This document shows, piece by piece, positions 35,308 through 43,889 of a DNA stretch of 52,232 nt. Both the position numbers and the translations under genes were made by a program. Where the stretch lies: contig JAOTZH010000001.1 in the NCBI GenBank assembly GCA_029861425.1, forward strand, positions 1 to 52,232. Reading direction: 5' to 3'. Under the pieces are notes generated by a model that saw only the letters and a list, made by a program, of their open reading frames with translations, was not told the DNA's origin and searched no databases. Positions within the stretch are counted from its first letter, which is position 1. The number at the start of each line of letters is the position of its first letter. Origin of the DNA: Gemmatimonadota bacterium (GTDB lineage Bacteria > Gemmatimonadota > Gemmatimonadetes > Palauibacterales > Palauibacteraceae).

Positions 35308-35316
35308 ATGGTTACC
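35299..35316. promoter_or_regulatory. Perfect 18-bp palindrome GGTAACCATATGGTTACC, candidate ArsR-family operator
   Basis: Centred on the CATATG that contains the probable arsR-family start codon, in the divergent arsR-like/doxX-like region. Confidence 0.5.
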
Positions 35317-35426
35317 AATATACGAAGTGCCCACGCCGGGTCAAGTAGTCACATTGATCGTGGAGACGTCCTGGCCGTCGAATCGAGAGAACGGCTCGGG
35401 TACCGACGCTTTCGAGGAGGAGAGGG

Positions 35427-35858
35427 ATGGATGGCAGCCAGCGGGACCGGCGATTCGCCTGGATCGCCCTCTTCGCGAGAGGGACGCTCGGCCTGCTGTT
35501 CTTCATGGTGGGTTGGGAAAAGGTGTTCCGGATGGGGCCCGTCGGGCATGCGAGGCGGTTGTTCGTCGAGCCCTATGCCGAGACGTGGATCCCGTCCGCC
35601 CTGCTCTGGGCGTTCGGCACGGCCATTCCCGTCTTCGAGCTTGCGGCCGGGGCGTTGTTGCTGGTTGGCCTGGGGGTGCGGCAGGTAGCGATCGGGGTCG
35701 GCGCGCTTCTTCTGCTGGTGACCTACGGGCATCTACTGGTGGAGCCGTTCTTCGATGTGACCACCCACATCTTCCCTCGGCTGGTACTCGTCTTCGTCGT
35801 CCTCGCGCTGCACGAACACGACCCGTGGCGGCTGGAGACCCGTCTGGAGCGTCGCTGA
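35427..35858 (+). CDS. DoxX family membrane protein
   Basis: SD GAGGAGGAGAGGG immediately upstream. Four hydrophobic helices. ARGTLGLLFFMVGWEKV N-terminal pattern. Confidence 0.75.
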   Translation: MDGSQRDRRFAWIALFARGTLGLLFFMVGWEKVFRMGPVGHARRLFVEPYAETWIPSALLWAFGTAIPVFELAAGALLLVGLGVRQVAIGVGALLLLVTYGHLLVEPFFDVTTHIFPRLVLVFVVLALHEHDPWRLETRLERR

Positions 35859-35865
35859 TGCGCGT

Positions 35866-38199
35866 TCAGGAGGACTCCGAATCGTCGTCCAGGAGCTCGC
35901 GGATCGCGGCGCGCTGTTCCTCGCTCACGAAGTAGGTCGCGTTGGTCGTCACGAGGTCCGACACCACCTGGTCCAGCGGTCGGGAGCCGCGGGCCCGTTC
36001 GCGCTGGCTCAGATCCCCGATGAACGGCCAGAGCCGGATCTGCACGTCGTCCGGGAGAGCCTGATCGAGGTATTCGAGCGACAGGCTCTTGAGCCGCTCG
36101 TCGCTCGTACCCAGGCCGCGGTACGCGGAGCTCACGGCGTCGGCGTCGAGAACCAGGGACAGCAACCGGAACGTGTGCTCGAGGCTCAGCGCGCCCCTGG
36201 CGTCGACCGACTCGGCGATCATGCCGTCATCGGGGCGATCATCGTCCAGCAGCCGCTGTAGCTCCCACACGGGTCGCTCCCGCGAGACCTCGCCGCGGAT
36301 CGCCAACCAGATCCGATCAGGGGCTTCGTCGGCTTCCGGCAGCCCGTCCCTCCGCCGAACCACCAGCCCGATGGCCGACCGATACCGGACCTCGAAACGA
36401 GGGGCGACAACCCCGCCCAGAAGGGCCTCATCCGCTTCGACCGCGGCGTAGCGAGCGAGCACGGCGGGGACGCGACGGCGGATCGCGAAATCCACAGCGG
36501 GATCGAGGAGCTGAGCCGCCAGGTGGTCGATGGAGTCCTCCTCGAGCGCCCGCAAACGCTCGGTCACGACCGGATAGAGCGAGTCCCTCGCCAGCAACCG
36601 GGTCAGGTGCGGAACCCACTCACGCCCCCATTCCTCGGAGCTCTCCAGAAGCTCCAGGATTTCGGAGGGCCGCCCCGCGCGGAGGATCCGTTCGGTCTCG
36701 ATGCCCCTGGCCGGCGCGCGGGCTCGTGGACCATCGTCCACGACACTCGGGGTCACGACGTCGGCTCCTGGTGCCACATCGGACACCAACGCCTGAACCA
36801 GTGCGGTCTCACCCACCACCGCCGAGTTGACCGCCAGTTCTTCCGACGGCGTCATGACTTCCCCCGCATCGAGGACGGGGCGCAGGTCCGTTCGCGTGAA
36901 TTCGACGTCCAGGAGGTCCCTCGAGTGCGCGCCGGACGCGTCCCGGGCACCTGCCCTGAGCTCTTCGCGAACCGTCGCCGCATAGCTCGTCTGGACACGA
37001 CGGGCGAGCAGGAGGAAGGCGAGTGCGAGAAGCCCGACGACGATCGACAGCCACCGCGATGGCAGGCCGACCGCCGTCACCATGACCAGTACGATCGCGG
37101 CACCGACGCCCTCGGCCGCGCTGTCGGCAACCGAGTCGATGAACGTCTTCGTGCGCCTCCGAACGGTCGCCGGCACCGGGACGTACAGCACCTCCAGCAC
37201 GGCCCGGTGGAGGGACTTCCGTAGGGCGTTGTCGCCTCCTCGCACGAGCGTCGCGGTCAGCAGCGTCGGGACGATCAAGAGCCCGGCCGAGCCGAGGAGC
37301 AGGACCGTGGGAAGAACGGCCACCGTGATCGCGATCCCCGCTCGCGAAAGCAATCGAGCACTCACGAACAACTGGATGATCAGGGCCACGCCGCCCGTCC
37401 ACCCGTAGAAGGCGCCGAAGAACCCGGCGAGCGCCTCCCCCGTATCGAATGTGCTTCGCGCCAGGTCCTTGAACTGGAAATCGACGAGCGTGCTCGCGAC
37501 CGTGGAGATCGCGACGAGCGAGGCGATGGTGCGGAGGTGTGGGTCGGTGAGAGCCAGTCGGAATCCGTCGCGGACCGACGTGCGCGCGCTGCGTCCGGAC
37601 TTCGTGGGGGCATCGAGCCGGGGGAGCCTCAGCTGGACGAGGAGCAGCAACCCCAGCATGGCGACGAGCGCGGGTATCAGGAGGGCGAGGGCAACGTCAT
37701 CCGAGACCAGCGCCAGGACGTTGCCGACTACCATCGCCCCCGCGGTCCCGCCGGCCCCGACCAGCCCGAACACACGCTTCGCGCCGCGAATCGGAAACAG
37801 CTCGGCCGTCACCAGCCAGAAGCCGGACGTCACGAGCATGGTTCCGAGGGCGGTCCACAGATAGAAGCCGACGACGGCGACCCGGGAGGACGAGACGGCG
37901 GGCCAGAGTGCGAGCAGGCCCCCGGAGAGCACCACGAGACTGCCGGCAAACACCGCCTGCGGCCTGTGGACGACGAGGAGCCGGGCGAACACGAAGACGG
38001 TCGGAACGCTCAACACCGCCACGGCCGCCGTGATGTAGGGGAGCGTCTCGATTTCGAATCGGGTCAGATAGAACGCTTCGCGGATCGAACGCCCCAGCAC
38101 CAGGAAGCCGAGCGTGAAGAACGCCCCCAGGAAGGACAGCGACACCGTCGCGATCTCGTCCGGCCGAAGATCCAGCCAGATCGCGATGCGCTCTCGCAC
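35866..38199 (-). CDS. Polytopic transporter-like domain (MFS/TLC nucleotide-transporter-like) fused to a C-terminal HEAT/ARM-like helical repeat domain
   Basis: GTG start 12 nt after the kinase stop. About 12 hydrophobic segments in the first 420 aa or so, with a TLC-like N-terminal pattern (LRPDEI...FFTLGFLVLGRSIREAFYL). The C-terminal roughly 350 aa are helical repeats (RRRVPAVLARYA..., VRYRSAIGLV...). Confidence 0.8.
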   Translation of the reverse strand: MRERIAIWLDLRPDEIATVSLSFLGAFFTLGFLVLGRSIREAFYLTRFEIETLPYITAAVAVLSVPTVFVFARLLVVHRPQAVFAGSLVVLSGGLLALWPAVSSSRVAVVGFYLWTALGTMLVTSGFWLVTAELFPIRGAKRVFGLVGAGGTAGAMVVGNVLALVSDDVALALLIPALVAMLGLLLLVQLRLPRLDAPTKSGRSARTSVRDGFRLALTDPHLRTIASLVAISTVASTLVDFQFKDLARSTFDTGEALAGFFGAFYGWTGGVALIIQLFVSARLLSRAGIAITVAVLPTVLLLGSAGLLIVPTLLTATLVRGGDNALRKSLHRAVLEVLYVPVPATVRRRTKTFIDSVADSAAEGVGAAIVLVMVTAVGLPSRWLSIVVGLLALAFLLLARRVQTSYAATVREELRAGARDASGAHSRDLLDVEFTRTDLRPVLDAGEVMTPSEELAVNSAVVGETALVQALVSDVAPGADVVTPSVVDDGPRARAPARGIETERILRAGRPSEILELLESSEEWGREWVPHLTRLLARDSLYPVVTERLRALEEDSIDHLAAQLLDPAVDFAIRRRVPAVLARYAAVEADEALLGGVVAPRFEVRYRSAIGLVVRRRDGLPEADEAPDRIWLAIRGEVSRERPVWELQRLLDDDRPDDGMIAESVDARGALSLEHTFRLLSLVLDADAVSSAYRGLGTSDERLKSLSLEYLDQALPDDVQIRLWPFIGDLSQRERARGSRPLDQVVSDLVTTNATYFVSEEQRAAIRELLDDDSESS

Positions 38200-38211
38200 G
38201 GGAGCCCCGCT

Positions 38212-39840
38212 CTAGGTGGCTACGGCGGGTGCGATGGCCCTCGGGCGTTTGTCCGCCGTTGGCGGAACGGTCCCGCCGGAGGCGCTCACGACGCTCACTT
38301 CGGGCGCGTGCAGCTCCCACCAGTCGCGCGCTCGCTCCTGACTCCAGGGAGCCTCCAGCGGGACTCGATGTAGTGCGGCCGCCAGCTCTTCGGCAGTCTG
38401 GAAACGGTCCTCGGGATCCTTCTCCAGAAGCTTCATGACAATCTCATCGAGTTCCGCGGGAATCGGAACCTCCGAGACCTGCGAGGGCCGGTCCGGGATC
38501 GTCTTCACGTGATCGATGATCAGATCGATGCTGCTGGAACCGGCGAACAGTGGGCGTCCGGTGAGCATCCAGTAGGCTACGCCGCCCACGTTGTAGAGGT
38601 CGGAGCGCGCATCGCTCTTCTGCTGGCCGGCGACGGACTCGGGAGCGATGTACCGCGGTGTACCGAACACCATCCCGGTCTTGGTCACGCCGGAGTCCTG
38701 GGCCCCGCTCACCCGACGAGCGAGTCCGAAGTCCAGGACCTTCACGAAGTCCTGCAGGCCGCCGCGCTGTGTAACGAAGATGTTGGACGGCTTGATGTCT
38801 CGGTGGATGATCCCGCGCTGGTGCGCTTCACCCAGCGAGCCGCACATCTGGCGGAGCAGGTATACGACCCGCTCGGCCGGGAGCGGCCCGAACTGCTCGA
38901 CGATACGCTGCAGATCCAGGCCCTCGAGGTATTCCATCGCGTAGTAGAACGTGTCGTCCGAGGTTCGACCGAAATCGAAGATGGTGATGGTGTTCGGGTG
39001 CGTGAGGGACGCCGAGAGCTGCACTTCCCGCTCGAACCGGGCGATGCCGGCCGAGGGATCGCCGTCCAGGTTGGTTAGCACCTTCACGGCGGTCGGCCGG
39101 CAGATGAGCGCGTGGCGGGCGACAAACACCTGGCCCATGCCGCCAGCACCAAGCTCTTTCTCGATCAGATAGTTGCCGAGCCGCTTCGCCTGGTGGGCGC
39201 TTCGCTGGAGTCGATACAGCGTTCGGCTGACCAGCACCGAGACGCCGGCCAGCAGGGCGACGCCGGTCACTCGCCACAGGTGCTCGAAGAAAGCGGTCCG
39301 CGCGCCTTGAGCCACCCAGTAGTCGCCCACCGCGGGAACCAGCGCCGGCAGGATGAACTCCGAGACCGCCGAGACCAGCACCGCCCCGACGGCCAGCCAG
39401 ACCTGGGCCATTCTGCATGGCAGGAACGCGGCCGTGACGAACAGCAGCAGGGCGACGGGCAGGAAGGGCTCGCGAAGGGGGTAGAACACCGTGACGGCCG
39501 GCATCACGACCAGAAGGTTCAGGGCGACGACGAGAAACGCGGTCCCCTGAACCTTGTTCAGCGTGCGCTCCCCGTGGTGCACGATCAGCAGTCCGACGGC
39601 GAAGGACAGCGGGTGCACCAGATGCAGGGGACTCTGCCAGGCGGTCATGCCGGGGGTCACCGGCAGCATGTCGTAGAGTCTGTTGAACAGGAATACGATC
39701 GCACTCGCGATCAGCCCGACGATGAAGATCAGGCGCGTGCGCTCCCACGTGACGGGGGCCATCTCGCGGTCGAACGAGGAGCCGGCCGTCATCGTCTCCC
39801 CGGTCATGGGGATCTGGATGGTATCGTTTGTCTCTGCCAT
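38212..39840 (-). CDS. Hanks-type Ser/Thr protein kinase with an N-terminal polytopic membrane domain
   Basis: ATG at 39840; the upstream 133 codons of the track ORF are Arg/Ser/Thr-rich and non-coding-like. About 6 TM segments, then GAGGMGQV, AVKVL (Lys), HRDIKPSN, DFG and APE motifs. Confidence 0.85.
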   Translation of the reverse strand: MAETNDTIQIPMTGETMTAGSSFDREMAPVTWERTRLIFIVGLIASAIVFLFNRLYDMLPVTPGMTAWQSPLHLVHPLSFAVGLLIVHHGERTLNKVQGTAFLVVALNLLVVMPAVTVFYPLREPFLPVALLLFVTAAFLPCRMAQVWLAVGAVLVSAVSEFILPALVPAVGDYWVAQGARTAFFEHLWRVTGVALLAGVSVLVSRTLYRLQRSAHQAKRLGNYLIEKELGAGGMGQVFVARHALICRPTAVKVLTNLDGDPSAGIARFEREVQLSASLTHPNTITIFDFGRTSDDTFYYAMEYLEGLDLQRIVEQFGPLPAERVVYLLRQMCGSLGEAHQRGIIHRDIKPSNIFVTQRGGLQDFVKVLDFGLARRVSGAQDSGVTKTGMVFGTPRYIAPESVAGQQKSDARSDLYNVGGVAYWMLTGRPLFAGSSSIDLIIDHVKTIPDRPSQVSEVPIPAELDEIVMKLLEKDPEDRFQTAEELAAALHRVPLEAPWSQERARDWWELHAPEVSVVSASGGTVPPTADKRPRAIAPAVAT

Positions 39841-40018
39841 GGCTTCAGTCGGTTGGAACGTCCGGCATCTCAACACCGTGAGATACGATCGGGTGCCCGC
39901 AAAGCTAACTCGCCGGGTCGACAGAGAGCAGCGGGACCCGATTGCAGCCACCGAACGACACCCCCAGCTTGTCAGCATGAGGGACGTGGAGAGCGTTCTT
40001 GAATCGAGACGCGGCGGG

Positions 40019-40038
40019 ACGCGTCGCCGGCGACGCGT
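40019..40038. repeat. Perfect 20-bp palindrome ACGCGTCGCCGGCGACGCGT
   Basis: Read directly. It lies 32 nt upstream of the ATG at 40070, in the divergent kinase/lipoprotein intergenic region. Confidence 0.8.
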
Positions 40039-40069
40039 GGCGCCCAAAGCAACCCAACCGGAGAGACAG

Positions 40070-40468
40070 ATGCGTAAGACTCTGAATGTTCTCGCGGTCA
40101 TGGCGGCGGTCACGGTGTCCGCCTGCGGAAGCAGCGGCGAGCCCCGGCCGGCTGACGCGGGAACGCCGCTCGCCGAGGTGGGTGACACGCGAGTTGCCGT
40201 GGAAATCCGGAACAACCTCATCCCCGCGGCTACCGTCAACGCCTTCTACATGTCCGGTGGCGGGCGGGCACGACGTCTGGGGACAGTGCGATCGAACTCG
40301 ACGGAGACATTCGTCATCGAGACCCGGTTGATCGCCGGAGGATTCGTCCTGAGCGCCGAGGTCCCGCAGCGAGAGGTAATCACGTCACAGAGAATCACCG
40401 ACGTGGCGAGAGTAGTCATCCGCTGGAACCTCGGAACCAACATCCTCAACATCGAGCGCATGCCATAG
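40070..40468 (+). CDS. Small lipoprotein (132 aa), no recognised family
   Basis: ATG with GGAGAG upstream. Signal/lipobox LAVMAAVTVSAC. Confidence 0.65.
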   Translation: MRKTLNVLAVMAAVTVSACGSSGEPRPADAGTPLAEVGDTRVAVEIRNNLIPAATVNAFYMSGGGRARRLGTVRSNSTETFVIETRLIAGGFVLSAEVPQREVITSQRITDVARVVIRWNLGTNILNIERMP

Positions 40469-40477
40469 TCGCGAGTC

Positions 40478-43114
40478 CTAGAACGGCATCCCGAACCGGA
40501 AGTAGAAGCGCGTCCCCTCCTCGCTGAAGGCGATGGTCCCGGAGATGGTATTCTGCGGTCCGAGCACGACCGCCCAGATGCCGACACCTGCCCCCAGGTG
40601 GAACCCGCCGGGCGACTCGCCATCGGACCACACCCGACCCGCATCCACGAAGCCCAGGATCCCCAAATCGGCCGAGAGGGCGACTCGCAATCGTCGGACC
40701 AGCAGCCTCAGCTCCGCGCTCCCGAACAGCGACGCGTCGCCGGCGAAGCGTTCCGCGTCGAAGCCGCGAAGATTGTCGCTTCCACCCACGAGAGCGGCGT
40801 TGAAGAACGGAATCTGATCGCCCCACACGCGGGCGCCTCCCAACCGAAGGGCCAGCGTCGGCTCGAAGATGAGATTCCTTGCCGAGAGATAGGTCGACCC
40901 CACCGCCTCCAAACGCAGGTAACGATCTTCGATGGCGAAGATGATCGGGTAGTAGCTGAGGCGCGCATCGAACCGCACGCCCCGGGTGGTGACCCCCGCG
41001 AAGTCCCGTGTATCCATGCTGGCGTTCGCGAACAGGGACACCTGCTGGAACCAGTCGGAGCCATAGACGGTGAGGGTGTCCGAAAAGAACGGGTTGTCCT
41101 CCGATTGGGTGTTCGAGAGCTCGAAGGCCGTCCCCAGGGTCAGATCGACCGGCCCGAACTGGCGACCGAGCGCCCCCTCGAGAACGAACTCGCCCCGGTC
41201 CACCCCGCGTCGCTGGCCATCCGCGGGCCGCTCGGTGTCGTTCCCGAATCCGAAGAAATTGACGACTTCGAGCGTTGAGAACCGGGTTAGGAAGCTGGTG
41301 TGCCTCGAGCTCCCCACCCTTCGGAAGTCGCCGGCGACCTCGAGCTTGACTTTGGCCTGCGTAGAGATCCCACCAACCAGGCGGATTCTGGAGGCGTACG
41401 GGTGTTGTCGGAAGCCGTACCTGTACCGTGTCACACCCCCGCCCACGTACATCCCGTAGTCCGAGCTGATCCCGAACTCCCCCGTCGGCACGATCCACGT
41501 GCCCCAATCGACGGGCTTGTTGGGCTGATCCGCCGAGTAGACCCACGTCTCGTACTCGGTCCGGTCGATCGTATCGTAGGGGCGGCCATTCACGATTCGG
41601 GCGCCACCCCGGTGATCGTAGAAGCGCACCCGTTCCAGGGGATCCTCGAACCGAAGCTCGTCGGCACCGTATCCGCCGACGACGCGTACGGTAATCGCCA
41701 TCTGTGGCGTGCCACTGGCGATCACGAGGTCGTCGCCCTCCCAGAGATGAAGCCGGACCTCGCTTGTTTCCCCGCGGTCGAAGACGCGCCGATAGTAGGG
41801 CTCGCCGCCGGGCGCCGAGACCGCCACCTCCAGCGACCCGTCCGCGAAACTGCGCAGGTGCGCGACATCCGGCTCGTTCGTGAACTGGAGCTCCACATCG
41901 TCGGCCAGAAGTTCGTACAGTCTTCGCGAGGCGTATGGGAGCTCGTCGCGACGGCGACGGAGCGATCGCCGGAGGAAGTCGGCATCGTTCTCCTGGATCG
42001 CGTCCGGGAACCTCGCGATCGCCTCATCGATCACTTCGTCGGTCAGCACGGCCAGCGTCGCGGTCGTCACGGAGTCCCACGCAGGCCAGTCGAGATCGAC
42101 GAGAAAGCGGCGATCGACTTCACGCGCGAGGAAGTGCAGTCCGACGATGTCGGGGTATTCCTCCCCGAAGCTCACGAGCTCGCGGACGAACATGTGGGCG
42201 CGACCTGGAATGACGCCGTCCAGTCGCAGGAACGCCTGGTCGTGGTCTTCAGGTATGGGTGTCCAGACGGTGCTCCCGTGGCGGCGTGCCCACCGCCACT
42301 GGAGGCGGTGGCGGTCCCAGTCGCCGGTGAACATGTCCACCAGCCGTGCGGTCAGGAACGCGCGCGAGTCGATGACGTCTTCGTGCGAACCGATGATGCG
42401 GTCGAAGATCTCGTTTCCGTCCAGAATCTCCGCGAAGCCGCCGAACGCGACAGCCTCCGTGGCGTGGCCTCCCGGGCGTTCGGCCAGCATCCCGACGAGT
42501 CCCGCGAAGGTGTCACGCGCGTCGCCGAGTCGCGGATCATCGGGCATCACGAAGATCCGCTGCTCTGGCGCCGGAAGGCCGACCGCCTGCTCGAAGCGCT
42601 GGCTCGCCAGGACGCCGAGCGGGTGCTCCGCGCTCACCTGGTCGCGCAGTATGTCCCCGGCCGGCGAAGCAGCGACGATGCCGGGGAACCCGAGCGTCGG
42701 GTCCTTGTCGATCGACCGGAATACGTAGGTCCGACCGTCGTCGCCCAGAAATACCAGCGAGCGGGTCTCGGCCCCGACGACCTGCTCCGCGAGCCGGAGC
42801 CCTCCGGCGAGAACGTCCAGGTCGAGGACGGGGATGTCGATCGGGGTGCCCCACGATTCTCGGTAGTGGTCGCCCCATAGCCAGTGCCTAAAGCCGCTGC
42901 CCGGGTACTGGGGACCGATCGCGACGGTGACGGTGTCGCCGGCTCGAGCCCCCGGGGCGACCGCGGGGCCGGCCCCCGATTGCGCGAGCGCCGGTGCCGG
43001 CACCAGGAGCCCGAGAAGGACGGCCCGTGGGCCGAGGCCGCTCACGTGGTGGCGCCGCGGGTGTCGCTGCGGGAATCTTTGAAAGCGGCGAATCGGAGTC
43101 TCCCCTGGGAGCAT
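40478..43114 (-). CDS. Omp85-family (Bac_surface_Ag) outer-membrane beta-barrel with a large uncharacterised N-terminal region
   Basis: Signal peptide ending APALAQS. C-terminal barrel motifs GGSDNLRGFDAERFAGD, GFVDAGRVW, terminal FRFGMPF. N-terminal roughly 550 aa include DWDRHRLQWRW and PIPEDHDQAF motifs. Confidence 0.85.
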   Translation of the reverse strand: MLPGETPIRRFQRFPQRHPRRHHVSGLGPRAVLLGLLVPAPALAQSGAGPAVAPGARAGDTVTVAIGPQYPGSGFRHWLWGDHYRESWGTPIDIPVLDLDVLAGGLRLAEQVVGAETRSLVFLGDDGRTYVFRSIDKDPTLGFPGIVAASPAGDILRDQVSAEHPLGVLASQRFEQAVGLPAPEQRIFVMPDDPRLGDARDTFAGLVGMLAERPGGHATEAVAFGGFAEILDGNEIFDRIIGSHEDVIDSRAFLTARLVDMFTGDWDRHRLQWRWARRHGSTVWTPIPEDHDQAFLRLDGVIPGRAHMFVRELVSFGEEYPDIVGLHFLAREVDRRFLVDLDWPAWDSVTTATLAVLTDEVIDEAIARFPDAIQENDADFLRRSLRRRRDELPYASRRLYELLADDVELQFTNEPDVAHLRSFADGSLEVAVSAPGGEPYYRRVFDRGETSEVRLHLWEGDDLVIASGTPQMAITVRVVGGYGADELRFEDPLERVRFYDHRGGARIVNGRPYDTIDRTEYETWVYSADQPNKPVDWGTWIVPTGEFGISSDYGMYVGGGVTRYRYGFRQHPYASRIRLVGGISTQAKVKLEVAGDFRRVGSSRHTSFLTRFSTLEVVNFFGFGNDTERPADGQRRGVDRGEFVLEGALGRQFGPVDLTLGTAFELSNTQSEDNPFFSDTLTVYGSDWFQQVSLFANASMDTRDFAGVTTRGVRFDARLSYYPIIFAIEDRYLRLEAVGSTYLSARNLIFEPTLALRLGGARVWGDQIPFFNAALVGGSDNLRGFDAERFAGDASLFGSAELRLLVRRLRVALSADLGILGFVDAGRVWSDGESPGGFHLGAGVGIWAVVLGPQNTISGTIAFSEEGTRFYFRFGMPF

Positions 43115-43271
43115 GAGCCGACCGGCCGGTATCGTACCGGTCGTTCGCGCCCAACGTCAAAAGAGCCGGAGCGGCGCCATTTTAAACCACACGCGAGTCT
43201 CCGAGGGGGGTCAACTGCCGCGAGGCCCTCGTGATCTCCATGACCGACATCGCCGCGTGCTGCAGGGCCTC

Positions 43272-43889
43272 ATGGCGGGTGTATTCCTCGGGCTGGCCGC
43301 GGCGAGCGGTGCGGGCGCCCAAGACGTTCCCGGCGACCCCGGCAACGGATCGACCGGCGACGCCATCGGGGGTGCCTTGCTCGGCGCCTACTCGGTGGGT
43401 GTCCTGTCGGCGGCGAGCTCGCTCATACCATGTCGTCAGCTCGGCGGCAGGGGCTGCGTCCTGGGGGTGACGATCGGTGGCTCCGCGCTCGGCCTCACCG
43501 CAGGTTTTCTCTACGGAGATGGGCGAGGCGAACTTGGACCCGTCCTTCGGGGTATCGGGCTCGGCTCGATAGCCGGAGGGGTCGTGGGGCTCGCTGCCCA
43601 TCTGCTGGCGAACGAGTGGAGCTGGCTGGACGTCCTCGCGCTAACCATGGCTGGAGGCGCCTATGGCGCCGCGCCGATCGGAGCGACGGTAGGCGCGCTG
43701 GCCGGAGGAACCATAGGAGTCGTTCTCTGGAAGGGTACCAAAACGATCGGCGTCGCGAACGCCCTTGGGGCGGGGCTCGTCGGGATGGCAATCGGGTCCG
43801 CGGTGGAGTGGTTCGTCCGGGCCGCGGACGCGCAATCGTCTTCGCGTCTCGAGATGCACGTGACCATCCCGCTGGGAGGCGGCCGGTGA
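43272..43889 (+). CDS. Secreted/membrane glycine-zipper-rich protein
   Basis: ATG at 43272 (or GTG at 43257) gives the signal MAGVFLGLAAASGAGAQD. Multiple GxxxG ladders (GGSALGLTAGFLYG, GIGLGSIAGGVVGLAA, GALAGGTIGVV, GAGLVGMAIGSA). Confidence 0.65.
   Translation: MAGVFLGLAAASGAGAQDVPGDPGNGSTGDAIGGALLGAYSVGVLSAASSLIPCRQLGGRGCVLGVTIGGSALGLTAGFLYGDGRGELGPVLRGIGLGSIAGGVVGLAAHLLANEWSWLDVLALTMAGGAYGAAPIGATVGALAGGTIGVVLWKGTKTIGVANALGAGLVGMAIGSAVEWFVRAADAQSSSRLEMHVTIPLGGGR

Noticed and set aside
39841-40239. 133-codon N-terminal extension of the kinase ORF; likewise 46013-46714 for the htrA-like ORF, and similar upstream extensions for the ORFs starting at 21585, 47689, 43113 and 43430
   Set aside because: The extensions are Arg/Ser/Thr-rich and lack homology-like motifs. 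They overlap neighbouring genes or promoters. Internal starts give proper signal peptides, SD sequences or GTGA overlaps.
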